Positions 50,534-63,974 are shown, counted from the first letter of the stretch. The stretch: DNA of 64,000 bases from Bryobacterales bacterium (GCA_965237575.1 CBDEGI010000004.1:2953746-3017745), one strand, 5' to 3'. A program made the numbers and translations. The notes: generated by a model from the letters alone, not told the origin.

Positions 50534-51907
50534 TCAGATGTCCGACAGATGCTCTAACTTGCCGTTGGAATCACCCACCGACTCCGGCTGCACTCCCATG
50601 ATGTCGAGCATCGAGAGGTACAGATTCGTCATCGGTGTTTCCTCGGGATAGCGGGCGTGGCGGCCCGGGTGCAGCGCGCCGCCGCCGTGGCCTGCGACCA
50701 GCACCGGCAGGTCGTGATGGGTGTGCTTGTTGCCGTCGGCGAGCCCGCTGCCGTACAGGACCATCGAGTGGTCGAGCAGCGTGCCGTCGCCCTCTTTGAT
50801 CGAGTCCAACCGCTGGAGGAAATATGCGAACTGCTCCATGTGAAAGCGGTTGATGCTGCTGATCTGCCGGATCTTCTCTTCGTCGTTCTGGTGGTGGGTC
50901 AAGCCGTGGTGGGCATACGGTACGCCGATTTCCCGGTAGGTACGGTTGCTGCCCTCGCGACCGAGCATGAACGAAGTGATTCGCGTCAAGTCCGTCTGGA
51001 AGGCAACGACTTGAAGGTCGAACATCAACTTCGTATGGTCGGCGAACGAGACCGGAATGCCCGCCGGACGATCGATCGTGGGCTCGGCGTCAGAGGATGA
51101 GGTCTCGGCAACGGAAATCCTCTTTTCGATCTCGCGAACCGCGTCCAAGTATTCGTCCAATTTGCGCCGGTCGGTCGGGCCGAGATCACCCTTCAGCTTG
51201 CGGGTGTCCTCTTGAACAAAATCAAGGATGCTCTTGTCATACCGCCGCCGTTTTGCCCGCGCCGCCGGATCGTCTTTCGTGCCGGCACGCCCAAACAAGC
51301 GCTCAAACACCAGCCGCGGGTTGACCTCCGGCGGCATCGGCACGGTTTCGTTACGCCAAGAGACACTGTTGCTGTAGGCGCAACTGTAGCCCGAGTCGCA
51401 GTTGCCCGCCAGCCGGCCGTGCTCGGTACCCAGCTCGATCGAAGCGAAACGGGTGCGGTCGCCCAGCATCTGCGCCGCCACCTGATCGACCGAGACGCCG
51501 TTCTGAATGTCGGCGCCGTCCGTCTTTCGCGGGTGAACGCCGGTGAGAAACGATGCGGCCGCGCGGGCATGGTCACCGGGCCCGTCGCCCAGCGCCCGGC
51601 CGTTGTTATGGGTTAGCCCGGAGAACATGAGGATGTCGTCGCGGAAGTCCGCCACCGGCTCGAGCACCTTCGACAGGCTGAAGTTGCTGCCGACCTCGGC
51701 GGGAGTCCAGTCCTCCATGATGATCCCGTTGGGGACATAGGCAATAGCCATCCGCACCGGAGGCTTGCCTGTGGTGAGCTTGCTCGCGCTGCCGGCGAAC
51801 GCCGGGACCATCGCGTCGAGGAAGGGCAGCGCCAAGGCGGCGCCCATGCCTCGCAACATCGTGCGTCTGGAAAGGGCTCGTCTGGAAAAGGGTTGGCGCG
51901 TCATCAT
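50534..51907 (-). CDS. DUF1552 domain protein (Tat)
   Basis: SRRTMLRG..LPFLDAM, YVPNG, CDSGYSCAY, HHGLTHH, GTLLD. Confidence 0.92.
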   Translation of the reverse strand: MMTRQPFSRRALSRRTMLRGMGAALALPFLDAMVPAFAGSASKLTTGKPPVRMAIAYVPNGIIMEDWTPAEVGSNFSLSKVLEPVADFRDDILMFSGLTHNNGRALGDGPGDHARAAASFLTGVHPRKTDGADIQNGVSVDQVAAQMLGDRTRFASIELGTEHGRLAGNCDSGYSCAYSNSVSWRNETVPMPPEVNPRLVFERLFGRAGTKDDPAARAKRRRYDKSILDFVQEDTRKLKGDLGPTDRRKLDEYLDAVREIEKRISVAETSSSDAEPTIDRPAGIPVSFADHTKLMFDLQVVAFQTDLTRITSFMLGREGSNRTYREIGVPYAHHGLTHHQNDEEKIRQISSINRFHMEQFAYFLQRLDSIKEGDGTLLDHSMVLYGSGLADGNKHTHHDLPVLVAGHGGGALHPGRHARYPEETPMTNLYLSMLDIMGVQPESVGDSNGKLEHLSDI

Positions 51908-54288
51908 CGCTTCCCTCCGTCGCCCCGCCGCATCTGGAAGGGCCTGCTATTCACAATTGCGATCACCAGCCGCGAGAAACGGTAATCGTCCTCGGCGACT
52001 TCCTGCAGGATGTGTTCGATCGCGGGACGGTCGTAGCTCTCTAGCCCACGGCCTAGTGCGTAGGTTAACATCTTTTCGGCCAAACAACGGGCGAAGTCAT
52101 CCTTCTTGAGCCGCAGCACCGCCTTCATCTCGCTCGGGGTAGTAAAGGAGTGGCCTCCCGGCAGCGCGCCGGAGGTATCGAGCGGCAGGTCGCCCTCGTG
52201 GGTCCGCCAGCGGCCCACGGGGTCATAGTTCTCGAGACTGAAGCCGAGTGCGTCCATCTTGGTGTGGCAAACGGCGCAATCCGGGTCCGCGCGGTGGGTT
52301 TCCAAACGTTCCCGCAACGTCCGCCCCTGACTCGCTTCGGCTTCGTCCAGACTCACCGCTGCCGGCGGAGGCGGGGGAGGCGCACCCAAGATATTGTCGA
52401 GCAGCCACTTGCCGCGCAAGACCGGCGAGGTGCGCGTGGGATACGACGTGATCGTGAGAATGCTGCCCTGCGTCAACACGCCGCTCCGCCGGCTGCCGTC
52501 GAGGCTCACCCGCCGGAACTGCGGGCCATCGACGCCTTCCACTCCGTAGTGCCGAGCCAGCCGCTCGTTGAGGAACGTGAAGCGCGCGTCGAGCAGATCG
52601 AGGATGCTGCGGTCCTCATGCATCACGGTCTCGAAGAAGAGCTCGGTCTCGCGCCGCATCGCTTGCCGGAGATTCTCGTCGAAGTCGGGGAAGCGGTCCG
52701 GGTCGGGGGAGACGGTATCGAGATTGCGAAGCTCGAGCCACTGGCCCACAAAGTTGTCGACTAGCGCTCGGGATTTGGGGCTCGCCAACATCCGGGTGAC
52801 CTCGGCCTCGAGCGCCGTCTGGTCGCGCAACTCGAGGTCGGTGGCGCGTTGCAACAGCCGCTGGTCGGGCATGCTGCTCCACAAGAAGTACGATAGCCGC
52901 GACGCCAACTCGTATTGATTGATCGGATGCGCCGCCCGCGGGTCGTTAGGGTTGGGGTCCTGTTCGATCCGGAACAGAAAGTGTGGCGAAACCAATACGG
53001 CCTGGAGAGCCAATTGGATGCCCTGCTCGAAGGAGTCGCCCGACTCCTGGGCCAACGCGACGAGCCGCTTGAGCGCGTCGATCTCGTCCTGCCCCACGGG
53101 CCGGCGGTAGGCGCTACGGGCCAGATTGGCTACGATCTGTTGCGAACAACCAGGCCCATGCTGCCAGTTCCGGTGGCCACAAACGAAGATCTTCTTGTGG
53201 CTGGGGGTGAGGGGCGGCGACTTGCGGCTGAATGGCCCATGGATCTCCGCGCGGTCGAGGAAGGCCATGCGCCGAGGCTTCTTGTAATCCTTGGCCTGGT
53301 GGTCGGGGATCTTGGTCACATCGACCAGAAAGCGGCCTTCGATCGCGTGGACCCCGGCGTCCACGACCAACCTCAGGTCGCGCTGCCGATCGGCGTAGGC
53401 TCCCGGTGGGATCTCGACCACCTCGATGCGCTCCCCATCCACCGTAATCTCGAATGGCAGCGGCGGGGGCTTGGGCGGGTTCGGGTTGCCGGGTCCGGGC
53501 ATTGGAACTTCCCGTCGATCGACCCAGCGCACCCGGAGTTCATATTCGGCGTTGGCCGGGAACTCGTGCTTGAAACGGATCGCCCCCTCCCGCGAGTACG
53601 GGATGGGGTTGGGCTTCTCGAGTGTGTTCTCTTCCGGGCCGCGAGGAGCCAGGTAGCGCTCGAGCGTCGGCTCAACATAGGGCTCGGCTACAATCGCCTG
53701 TTCGGCGATCTGCTCGGCGGCGGCCAGGTAGCGCTCCATCAGTACGGGCGAGAGCGAAAGCACGTCGCCGATGTTGTCGAAACCGTAACCCGTATCGTCG
53801 GCGGGGAAGTCGTCGGCGGGCCGGAAGTCGACCCCGACGAGATCGCGGACCGTGTTGTTGTATTCAGCGCGATTAAGTCGGCGGGCTGTGACACGGCCGG
53901 GGTCGGGAGGATGCTCCTCCGCGCTCCGCTTCAGCTCGGTCTCGATCCATCGCAAGACGAGACCCGTTTCGTCACCGGTTGGCCGCGGACGCCCCTCGGG
54001 AGGCATGCGCCCTTCGGCCAGCACTTTCTCGATGCGCTCCCAGGTGTGAGGATCCTTGAGGGCGGACGTGGCATCCGAGAAGGCTTGGAAGTTCAGCTCC
54101 GCCATGGTCACGTCGGCGCTGTGGCAGGCCGTACAGTGCTTGGCGAGAAACGGCCGCACCGATTCTTGAAAGCCGGCCCCGGCGCCATCCGAGGATGGTT
54201 CGCCCACCGCGTTGGGCGGAAACATCGCAATCAGGATTGACACAGCACAAGGCACCCAAAGGGCCAATCGTTGGGGTCGAAGGTTCAC
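51904..54288 (-). CDS. DUF1592/DUF1588/DUF1585/DUF1587/DUF1595 cytochrome c-type protein
   Basis: CTACH, RRLNRAEYNNT, SPHFLFR, LASRLSYFLWSS, TSPVLRG, CAVCH; start uncertain. Confidence 0.9.
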   Translation of the reverse strand: MNLRPQRLALWVPCAVSILIAMFPPNAVGEPSSDGAGAGFQESVRPFLAKHCTACHSADVTMAELNFQAFSDATSALKDPHTWERIEKVLAEGRMPPEGRPRPTGDETGLVLRWIETELKRSAEEHPPDPGRVTARRLNRAEYNNTVRDLVGVDFRPADDFPADDTGYGFDNIGDVLSLSPVLMERYLAAAEQIAEQAIVAEPYVEPTLERYLAPRGPEENTLEKPNPIPYSREGAIRFKHEFPANAEYELRVRWVDRREVPMPGPGNPNPPKPPPLPFEITVDGERIEVVEIPPGAYADRQRDLRLVVDAGVHAIEGRFLVDVTKIPDHQAKDYKKPRRMAFLDRAEIHGPFSRKSPPLTPSHKKIFVCGHRNWQHGPGCSQQIVANLARSAYRRPVGQDEIDALKRLVALAQESGDSFEQGIQLALQAVLVSPHFLFRIEQDPNPNDPRAAHPINQYELASRLSYFLWSSMPDQRLLQRATDLELRDQTALEAEVTRMLASPKSRALVDNFVGQWLELRNLDTVSPDPDRFPDFDENLRQAMRRETELFFETVMHEDRSILDLLDARFTFLNERLARHYGVEGVDGPQFRRVSLDGSRRSGVLTQGSILTITSYPTRTSPVLRGKWLLDNILGAPPPPPPAAVSLDEAEASQGRTLRERLETHRADPDCAVCHTKMDALGFSLENYDPVGRWRTHEGDLPLDTSGALPGGHSFTTPSEMKAVLRLKKDDFARCLAEKMLTYALGRGLESYDRPAIEHILQEVAEDDYRFSRLVIAIVNSRPFQMRRGDGGKR

Positions 54289-54418
54289 GTCTCTATGAGC
54301 ATACAATTCCGGAACGAGCCACGCAGCTTGGGACGCTGCAGGAGGAGGTGACCCAGGGGCGGTGCTTGGCAGCAGCCGATGCCGGATCGGGCAGCTGCTT
54401 GGTATATTCTCGGACGTG

Positions 54419-55459
54419 ATGTCCAAGAAGCTTTTATGGGTCAGAAACACACTCGCAGTGGCGGTGCTACTGCTTCCGTCAATAGGGAGGGCCGAAGTGC
54501 ACCGCGTCATCAACAAACGCAACCACCACACCTTCGACCGCAATCACCCCATCGAGGCCCGCATCCGGCCCGGCGACAGGGTCATCACCAAGACCGTGGA
54601 CTCGGCTGGCTGGGACTTCCAGGGTGTGCGCCGTACCAAGACGCACGGGAACCCGCTCACCGGCCCGTTCTACGTCGAGGGGGCGCGCGCGGGCGATGCG
54701 CTCGTCGTGCATCTCGACAAGGTCCGCCTGAACCGAAAGTGGGGATACACGGCCTACCACATTGGCGGTTATGCCCTCACCGAGGATTACGAACGGCAGC
54801 CTCGGCTCTACGCAAAGGCAATGGTGCTTGGCGGCCCCAACAACTTCCTCGAAGGCCGCACCGACCTCGTCCCCTGGGTCATTGATCTCGGACGCAACAC
54901 GGTCCGCATGCGCGAACCCGTGAGCACGAAGATCAAGCTGGAGTTCAAGGCGCAACCGCTTCTCGGCTGCATCGGCGTCCCACCCGCCGGCGACGATGCC
55001 CCGCGTTCGGGTCCGACCGGCAACTGGGGCGGCAACATGGATTACAAAGAAGTCAAAGAGGGGGCCACCGTCTACATTCCCGTCTACCACGAGGGCGGCT
55101 TCTTGATGTTCGGCGACGGGCACGCTATCCAGGGCGATGGCGAGGCCGTTGGTTCGGGCGTAGAGACATCGCTCGATGTCGAGTTCACGATTGACCTCAA
55201 GAAGAATGCCCGACTTACGACGCTACGGATCGAGAACTCGGACTACCTAGTCAGCATCGGTAACAAGTCGGGCGATACGCTCAACGAAGCGCTCAAGATC
55301 GCAACAACGGATATGGTGCGCTGGCTGGTTGACGAGCACGGTCTCGAACCGTGGGCCGCGCACCAGCTCATTGGGTTTCAGGGCGAGTATGATGTTGCGG
55401 CGATCGCGGGAACGATCGGCTGCAAGATCCCGAAAGCGGCTCTATCGAACAAGCCCTGA
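54419..55459 (+). CDS. acetamidase/formamidase family protein with signal peptide
   Basis: NPLTGPFYVEGA, GGNMD, GDGHAIQGDGE. Confidence 0.9.
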   Translation: MSKKLLWVRNTLAVAVLLLPSIGRAEVHRVINKRNHHTFDRNHPIEARIRPGDRVITKTVDSAGWDFQGVRRTKTHGNPLTGPFYVEGARAGDALVVHLDKVRLNRKWGYTAYHIGGYALTEDYERQPRLYAKAMVLGGPNNFLEGRTDLVPWVIDLGRNTVRMREPVSTKIKLEFKAQPLLGCIGVPPAGDDAPRSGPTGNWGGNMDYKEVKEGATVYIPVYHEGGFLMFGDGHAIQGDGEAVGSGVETSLDVEFTIDLKKNARLTTLRIENSDYLVSIGNKSGDTLNEALKIATTDMVRWLVDEHGLEPWAAHQLIGFQGEYDVAAIAGTIGCKIPKAALSNKP

Positions 55460-55526
55460 CTCCCCGCCCTGCCGTATACGATACTCTGTGGTTCACGCCG
55501 TTCAACGCAGGTTTTTTGGAGGCCCC

Positions 55527-56482
55527 GTGAGGAAGTTCGTCTGGATCTTACCCGCTCTCGTTCTGCTCGGCATGCTACTGCCGTTGGGCGACGCGCAATC
55601 AGCACCCAAGCCGAAGCGCATCAGCAAGGCCGTCGATCTTCTCGCGCGCAAGCAGCCCATCTACTACTTCACCGAGGGCCGGGGCGGCAGCCAGGGAGGC
55701 TACAAAGAGGGCCTGCGCCTGGCGCAGACCTGGGCCGACTTCATCATCTACGAGATGGAGTTCGGCGCCTATGACGTGACCGAACTGCGCGAGTTCATGG
55801 CCGGGCTGATCCAAGGGGGCCCCACCAAGAGCGGCCACCGCACGCCGGCCGTGCAAGTGGTGCTGCCGATTGGCGGCTACGATGAGGCGACGGTTCGGGC
55901 AAACCACTGGATTATCCAGCAGGTTCTCGCGGCGGGCGTTCATGGGGTCACCTTGAACCACGCGCGAACGCCAGGGGCGGTGAGAGCTTTCGTCGAAGCC
56001 GCGCGGTTTGCGCACCGCAAGGGACCCGACCCGATTGGCGAGGGCATGCGGGGCAACGGCGGCCAACTCAATGCCTCCCGTGTCTGGGGCCTGTCGCCCA
56101 AGGAATACATGGAACGGGCGGAGCCTTGGCCGCTCGACCCCAACGGCGAGTTGCTTCTGGGTTTGAAAATCGAGGACAGGTACGCCGTCGACGTCGCCGA
56201 GATGACCACCAAGATCCCCGGCATCGGGTACGCCGAGTGGGGCCCGGGCGACATGGGACTCTCCTACGGAATCACCGAGGTGCACGACCCGCCCTACCCG
56301 CCGACAATTGCCAAGGCACGTGCCCGCGTACAAGCCGCCTGCAAGGCCGCCGGCATTGCGTTCCTCGACGTCGTCAAAGATCACAACGTGGAAGACCGCC
56401 TCCGCGAGGGGGTGATGATCGGAGCGACGAGCGCCCGGAGTACGGCGGAAATAGGACGCCGCTTCACGAAAAGACCGCAACC

Positions 56483-56489
<7 letters not shown>
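55527..56489 (+). CDS. HpcH/HpaI aldolase/citrate lyase-like protein with signal peptide
   Basis: EMEFG, GVHGV, LKIED, EWGPGDM. Confidence 0.75.
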
Positions 56490-58924
<2,435 letters not shown>

Positions 58925-58971
58925 AGACAATTGCGAGCCCACTGTGCCCGTGGTAGCCTCAAACCGACATC

Positions 58972-60255
58972 GTGAGGATCCGATTGAGAATCTGCGGGTG
59001 CTGGGCTGTCTGGGTGCTTCCGCTCACCGTTGCAATCCTGTTGTCCGGCGGCTGCGGCGTTGACCAGTCGTTAGAGAGCAACAGCGGCGTTCGCTCGTTT
59101 GCGCCGCTTTCTCCAAACCGCGAGATCGAAGTCCTTCGCGACGGCGAACGTGTTGGCGCCCTTCCGGCCGAATACATCCCGCTCGACTATCCCGACATGC
59201 CGTGGCGCGGTGACCCCGGCATCGGCATGAGTTCCGATGGGACGATTTACATCGCCCTCTACGCCAAGATCTTCGTTTCCACGGATGGTGGGCGTACGTG
59301 GGAGGCCCGCCTGATCGATGTCGGCTCGCTCGACCCGCCCACTGCCGAAAGGGCGAACTACGATTCGTTCGTGGTCCTTCGAGACGGGACTCTACTGTGG
59401 GCCTACCATTCGTCCGAACACGAGACCGACTTTGTCATTCGCAGTAAGGACGGCGGGAAGACGTGGGAGCCGTGGAGCCGAATCGTGGACCGTGCCCCTT
59501 TCGACGACGCCGGCGGCAATCAGAATTGCATGACGGAGTTTAAGGACGGGACGATCCTATGGCCCACGCGCCTGGGCCCGGCAAGCAGCAAAATCAAAGA
59601 GCGGGATGCGGCGTCAGGAACATGGCAGGGGCCGCCTCATTGGACGACCTACGTGTACCGCTCAACCGACGGTGGGCGAACCTGGGGGGAGAAGAGTCCG
59701 CTCCAAGAATGGGGCACGGAGACGAATCTCCTCGCACTTGCCTCGGGCGGATTGCTGGCAGCCATCCGCTATCAACGCTACGCCGAAGCGCCCGCCCCGG
59801 CCAACGAACCCGAAGACATCGCCGCCGCCGACCAGCAGAGGCAGGGCTCGGTCGGGAAGCGAGTCTTCCTGGCCGATTCATCCGACGGCGGGCGCACGTG
59901 GGAGGACTTTCGACCCGTCAGGCGGGAGGGCAGCGGGTTGATGGACATCGTGTTCGGCGAGGCTCACGGGCACATGGTCGAGCTATCGGACGGCACGGTG
60001 GTGCTTGCCCATGAGCGGCGCTATCCCTACGAGGTGGGCGACGTCAGGGCCCGCGTCAGCCGCGACCAAGGACAAACCTGGGCCCCGGAGGCGTACCGTC
60101 TGAGCCCCGGGCACGGCTACGCGGCAAGTGTCGTCTTGCCGGATGACACGATTGTGACGGCCCTGGGGAACACCCCGTTGAACAAAGAGGGCCGGTCGGT
60201 TGACGGCAAGTGGTACGCGCAGGTGGTCCGCTGGCGGCTTGAACGAGCCGACTAG
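58972..60255 (+). CDS. sialidase/BNR-repeat lipoprotein
   Basis: LSGGC lipobox; Asp-boxes STDGGRTW, SKDGGKTW, SSDGGRTW, SRDQGQTW. Confidence 0.8.
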   Translation: MRIRLRICGCWAVWVLPLTVAILLSGGCGVDQSLESNSGVRSFAPLSPNREIEVLRDGERVGALPAEYIPLDYPDMPWRGDPGIGMSSDGTIYIALYAKIFVSTDGGRTWEARLIDVGSLDPPTAERANYDSFVVLRDGTLLWAYHSSEHETDFVIRSKDGGKTWEPWSRIVDRAPFDDAGGNQNCMTEFKDGTILWPTRLGPASSKIKERDAASGTWQGPPHWTTYVYRSTDGGRTWGEKSPLQEWGTETNLLALASGGLLAAIRYQRYAEAPAPANEPEDIAAADQQRQGSVGKRVFLADSSDGGRTWEDFRPVRREGSGLMDIVFGEAHGHMVELSDGTVVLAHERRYPYEVGDVRARVSRDQGQTWAPEAYRLSPGHGYAASVVLPDDTIVTALGNTPLNKEGRSVDGKWYAQVVRWRLERAD

Positions 60256-60256
60256 T

Positions 60257-61438
60257 CTAGCCCGCCGCTTCAACCGCCTCGCTGAACAGCGCGGCAACGT
60301 CGTCGGCAGAGCGGCGATTCGCCGTCTCGTTCACCCTCAGCAGGACACGTTGCCACCCGTCACCCGAAGGCTTACCTCCGGTCGAGATGGTGACGCCCCG
60401 CTCGGCCAGCGCGGCCCCGACCTGCTTCGGATCGGCCTTCATGTGCAGGGCCACGATGTTCGAGCCGTTTGGAATGCGTTCGACGCGGTAGCGCGAATGC
60501 TGGTCGAGCTTCTTCCAGAGCTTCTCGGTGTTGTCGACAGCGGAGCGGTAGCGCTGCTCGAATCCACCCATGTAGTGGAGCACGACCGACGCGTACATCC
60601 AGGCCTTGGGAAGCGCGCCGCCGAACATACGCCGCGTGTCGACCATCGGCTCGATGTACTTCTTCGGGCCGGCCACCACGGCGCCGCAGCCTCCGTTGAA
60701 GTACTTGTGAAGCGAAACGTAGAGCGTGTCGAATTGATCGGCGTACTGCCGGACGGATACGCCTGAGTAGGCCGCTGCGAGGAACATGCGGGCGCCGTCG
60801 AGATGCGTGCGAATACCTTGCTTCCGCGCATAGGCGCAAATCTTCTTCATCTCGCCGAAGTCGAAGACCTCGCCGTCTTTACGCCGTACCGGCGACTCGA
60901 TCATGATCGCGCCGACGGGTTTGTTGCCGCGCAGGCCGGCATTCCACTCGACTTCCTCTTTGACCTCGTCCAAGGTGAACGTCGCCCGGCCCGTTCCCAT
61001 CGGGATCAGCTCGAGGTTGCTGAGGATCGGTCCGCAGTTCACCGAGTCGGCGTAGTAGTGGCTCTCGCGCGGGACGATGACTTTGGTGTCGGTTTCGGCA
61101 ATGTGCCGCACGGCGATCTGGTTCGCCAGCGTCCCCGTGCCGAAGAAGATGGCCGCTTCCTTGCCGAGGAGTTGAGCGAACTTGGCTTCGAGTTCGTCAA
61201 TGGGGCCCCCGACAGAGTAGCTATCGAGTTTGATCTCGTTGTCGGTGGCGACTTGGTGCAGCAGCGCCGCCCACTCGCGAGGCTTGAGCGGCACGCCGTC
61301 GCCGGTCAGGTAAACATGGCGGTCCGCTTCAGGGTTCAGTGAGGTCTTGGCTGCACCTGCCGCGGATGCCGCGCTGGCTCCGGCGAAGGTTGAGGCGGCG
61401 CTCCCGGCAAGGAAGTTCCTGCGGTTGATTGATGACAT
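60257..61438 (-). CDS. low-specificity threonine aldolase family (PLP), Tat signal
   Basis: NRRNFL leader; TGTLANQ, HLDGAR, SLHKY (PLP Lys). Confidence 0.85.
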   Translation of the reverse strand: MSSINRRNFLAGSAASTFAGASAASAAGAAKTSLNPEADRHVYLTGDGVPLKPREWAALLHQVATDNEIKLDSYSVGGPIDELEAKFAQLLGKEAAIFFGTGTLANQIAVRHIAETDTKVIVPRESHYYADSVNCGPILSNLELIPMGTGRATFTLDEVKEEVEWNAGLRGNKPVGAIMIESPVRRKDGEVFDFGEMKKICAYARKQGIRTHLDGARMFLAAAYSGVSVRQYADQFDTLYVSLHKYFNGGCGAVVAGPKKYIEPMVDTRRMFGGALPKAWMYASVVLHYMGGFEQRYRSAVDNTEKLWKKLDQHSRYRVERIPNGSNIVALHMKADPKQVGAALAERGVTISTGGKPSGDGWQRVLLRVNETANRRSADDVAALFSEAVEAAG

Positions 61439-61524
61439 GAATTCGCTCCTATTTTTGCGCTGGGTTTTGCAACGGCTCAGCAGCCGACGGGCGGGCGCCG
61501 CGTCCGATGAGTGGGGGCCCGCCC

Positions 61525-62472
61525 CTACGGAATGGGCTTGGCGCGCTCCATCACCCACGGAGCGATGGACGACGATTCGTCGCCCCAGGGGCGCCCGTGG
61601 TAGTTGAACTCCTCGCCGTACTTGAAGCCGTGCTTGGCGCCGACCGCCGACGACAAATCCTCGACGTAGGCGCGGATCAGCGCGCGCGTCGACGGCTCGG
61701 TGATTTCATTCAGCAACGAACTCGGCTTGCCCGCCATCGCGAGCCGCGCTTTCGTGTGAACCGCATAGCGGTGGTTGCGATTCCTCAGCGCCTGGATCGC
61801 CGCGACCTTGCGATTGAAAGTCTTCGTAATGTCGACCGGCATGAACTTCGCCGCCCGATGGCCGCCCTCGCCCGGGCGGTAGGGCCGGTAGGTCGTGTAG
61901 TAGTAGGTTTCGCGGGGTCCATGTCCGCGCAGGCCGGCACGCGTGGCCTCGGGCATAAAGTAGCCGCCGTTTGAATAGTTGGTCTCTTCGGCCGCGCGGC
62001 CTGTGAAGAATTGGTCCCAGTCGGGCTCGTAGTGGGTGTAGGGATCGGGGAGGAAGAGTTTCTCCGGCCTCCAGTACCGGATCATGATCGAGTAGTGGTT
62101 CCGCATCTCGTTGCTTGAGCTGTGCGACAGCTCGCCGCTCTTGTCGTTGATGTTGAGGATCTCGCGGACGCCGAGCATGCGCGCGGCCTTCTCGGCCTCC
62201 TCGACGTTGGCGAGGCGCGTCTCGGCCGGTCCTAGCGCAACGGAGTCCTTCTCGTCGTTGGCGGCTTGCAAGACGTAAACGTTGTACCCTTCGTCGATGA
62301 AGTTGGCGAGCGTGCCGCCGCAGGCGAACAGATAGTCGCCTGAGCCGGCCGTGATCACGATGATGTTCTTGCTCCGCTGCGCCGCCAGGGTGGAGACGAA
62401 CAGCAGCAGCAGCGCGATCGCACCCAGCGTCCCCCTCAGCGTTCTCCTCTCAAGCCTTCTCGTTCGTCCCAT
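61525..62472 (-). CDS. PIG-L/LmbE-family deacetylase-like protein, degenerate active site
   Basis: GGTLA..G..V..NDEK, E.EKAARMLG, VDITKTFNRKVAA, YGEEF; HxDD reads GSGD. Confidence 0.7.
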   Translation of the reverse strand: MGRTRRLERRTLRGTLGAIALLLLFVSTLAAQRSKNIIVITAGSGDYLFACGGTLANFIDEGYNVYVLQAANDEKDSVALGPAETRLANVEEAEKAARMLGVREILNINDKSGELSHSSSNEMRNHYSIMIRYWRPEKLFLPDPYTHYEPDWDQFFTGRAAEETNYSNGGYFMPEATRAGLRGHGPRETYYYTTYRPYRPGEGGHRAAKFMPVDITKTFNRKVAAIQALRNRNHRYAVHTKARLAMAGKPSSLLNEITEPSTRALIRAYVEDLSSAVGAKHGFKYGEEFNYHGRPWGDESSSIAPWVMERAKPIP

Positions 62473-62801
62473 TTCGTTGCTTCCCCTCCGAGGCCCCCAC
62501 ATTCTAGCACCATGGCCCGCGGGGTTCGATAGAGCTACTGGCGGCCTCAATACCGGGAATCGCTCGGCAGAGTCACAGAAAAACAAAATCGCTTTCTCGT
62601 TTGTTTTCAAGCGATTCGTCGTTCGCAGACTCGGCTGGAGGGGGATCGGACTCTACACTGTGTACAGAGGCGCACAGAGCTTAGCGGCTCCGCACCCGCT
62701 AACAAATTTTGTCGTACAGGAGCCTTGGTGGCTGGCCGATATGTTGTTTTGTGACAGACGCCGGCCGCGGCAAAAAAGTAGCGCGGTTAGGAGCCTGAGA
62801 A

Positions 62802-63974
62802 GTGGGATACCCGGCAACAGTCAAAAAGAAGCTTGACCCCGCCCTGACGGGCCGCGAAGCCGAAAAACTCGAAGCGGACCTGCGGCGGCGCATCATTGGA
62901 CAAAGCGAGGCCATCGAGCAGATCATCAACGTTTATCAGACCTACCTGGCGGGGATGAACAGCCCAGGACGTCCGGTGGGCAACTTCCTGTTTCTAGGAC
63001 CCACTGGCACCGGCAAGACCCGCGCCGTCGAAGCCACGGCCGAGTCGCTGCTCGGTGACGAACGGGCCGTGATCAAGATCGACTGCGCCGAGTTCCAGCA
63101 CAGCCATGAGATCGCCAAGCTGATCGGGTCGCCCCCCGGCTACCTTGGGCATCGCGAGACACACCCGCTGCTGAGCCAAGAGGTCTTGAATCAGTTCCAC
63201 ACCGAGAAGCTCAAGATCTCGTTTATCCTGTTCGACGAGATCGAAAAGGCCAGCGACGCCCTGTGGAACCTGCTGCTCGGCATTCTCGACAAGGCCACGC
63301 TCACCCTCGGTGACAACCGCCGGGTGGACTTCTCGAAGACGATGATCTTCATGACGAGCAACCTTGGCGCCGCTGAGATGAGCGCTATGACGAGCCCAGA
63401 GCTGGGTTTCGCAGCCAACCGTCCGGAGCCGAAGGACCTGCGTTCTGACAAGATCAGTCAGCGCATCTCGAAAGCCGGTATTTCGGCCGCGCGGCGCAAG
63501 TTTACGCCGGAGTTCATCAACCGTCTCGACAAGATCGTCGTCTTCAAGACGTTGGGAGAGGAGGAACTGCGGCAGATCCTCGATCTCGAGTTGGCCTACG
63601 TGCAGAAGCGCGTCTTCAACGGCACGCCTTTCCTCTTCCAGCTCACCTCCGCGAGCAAGGACTATCTGCTCGAACACGGGACCGACGCCAAATACGGCGC
63701 CCGGCACTTGAAGCGGTCGATCGAGCGCTCGCTCGTCTATCCCATGGCGAACCTGATCGCGACGGAACAGATTCACGCCGGTGACCTGATCGAGGTCGAC
63801 TTCGACTGCGATCAGGCGGAGATAACGTTCGAGCGCGCCGACGAAGACCTGCCCGTGTACGCCATGTTCCGCGCCGCGGGCCTTGACCTGCCCGAAGACT
63901 ACGAACTCAACCCCGGCCCCGTGCCCGTACCCCGCTCGACCACCAACGGCCTTCACAGGCTGACCAGGCGGTAA
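62802..63974 (+). CDS. stand-alone ClpA/B D2-type AAA+ ATPase
   Basis: IIGQ, FLGPTGTGKT, IGSPPGYLGH, LFDEIEKA, MTSN, PEFINRLD, YGARHL; no N or D1 domain. Confidence 0.9.
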   Translation: MGYPATVKKKLDPALTGREAEKLEADLRRRIIGQSEAIEQIINVYQTYLAGMNSPGRPVGNFLFLGPTGTGKTRAVEATAESLLGDERAVIKIDCAEFQHSHEIAKLIGSPPGYLGHRETHPLLSQEVLNQFHTEKLKISFILFDEIEKASDALWNLLLGILDKATLTLGDNRRVDFSKTMIFMTSNLGAAEMSAMTSPELGFAANRPEPKDLRSDKISQRISKAGISAARRKFTPEFINRLDKIVVFKTLGEEELRQILDLELAYVQKRVFNGTPFLFQLTSASKDYLLEHGTDAKYGARHLKRSIERSLVYPMANLIATEQIHAGDLIEVDFDCDQAEITFERADEDLPVYAMFRAAGLDLPEDYELNPGPVPVPRSTTNGLHRLTRR

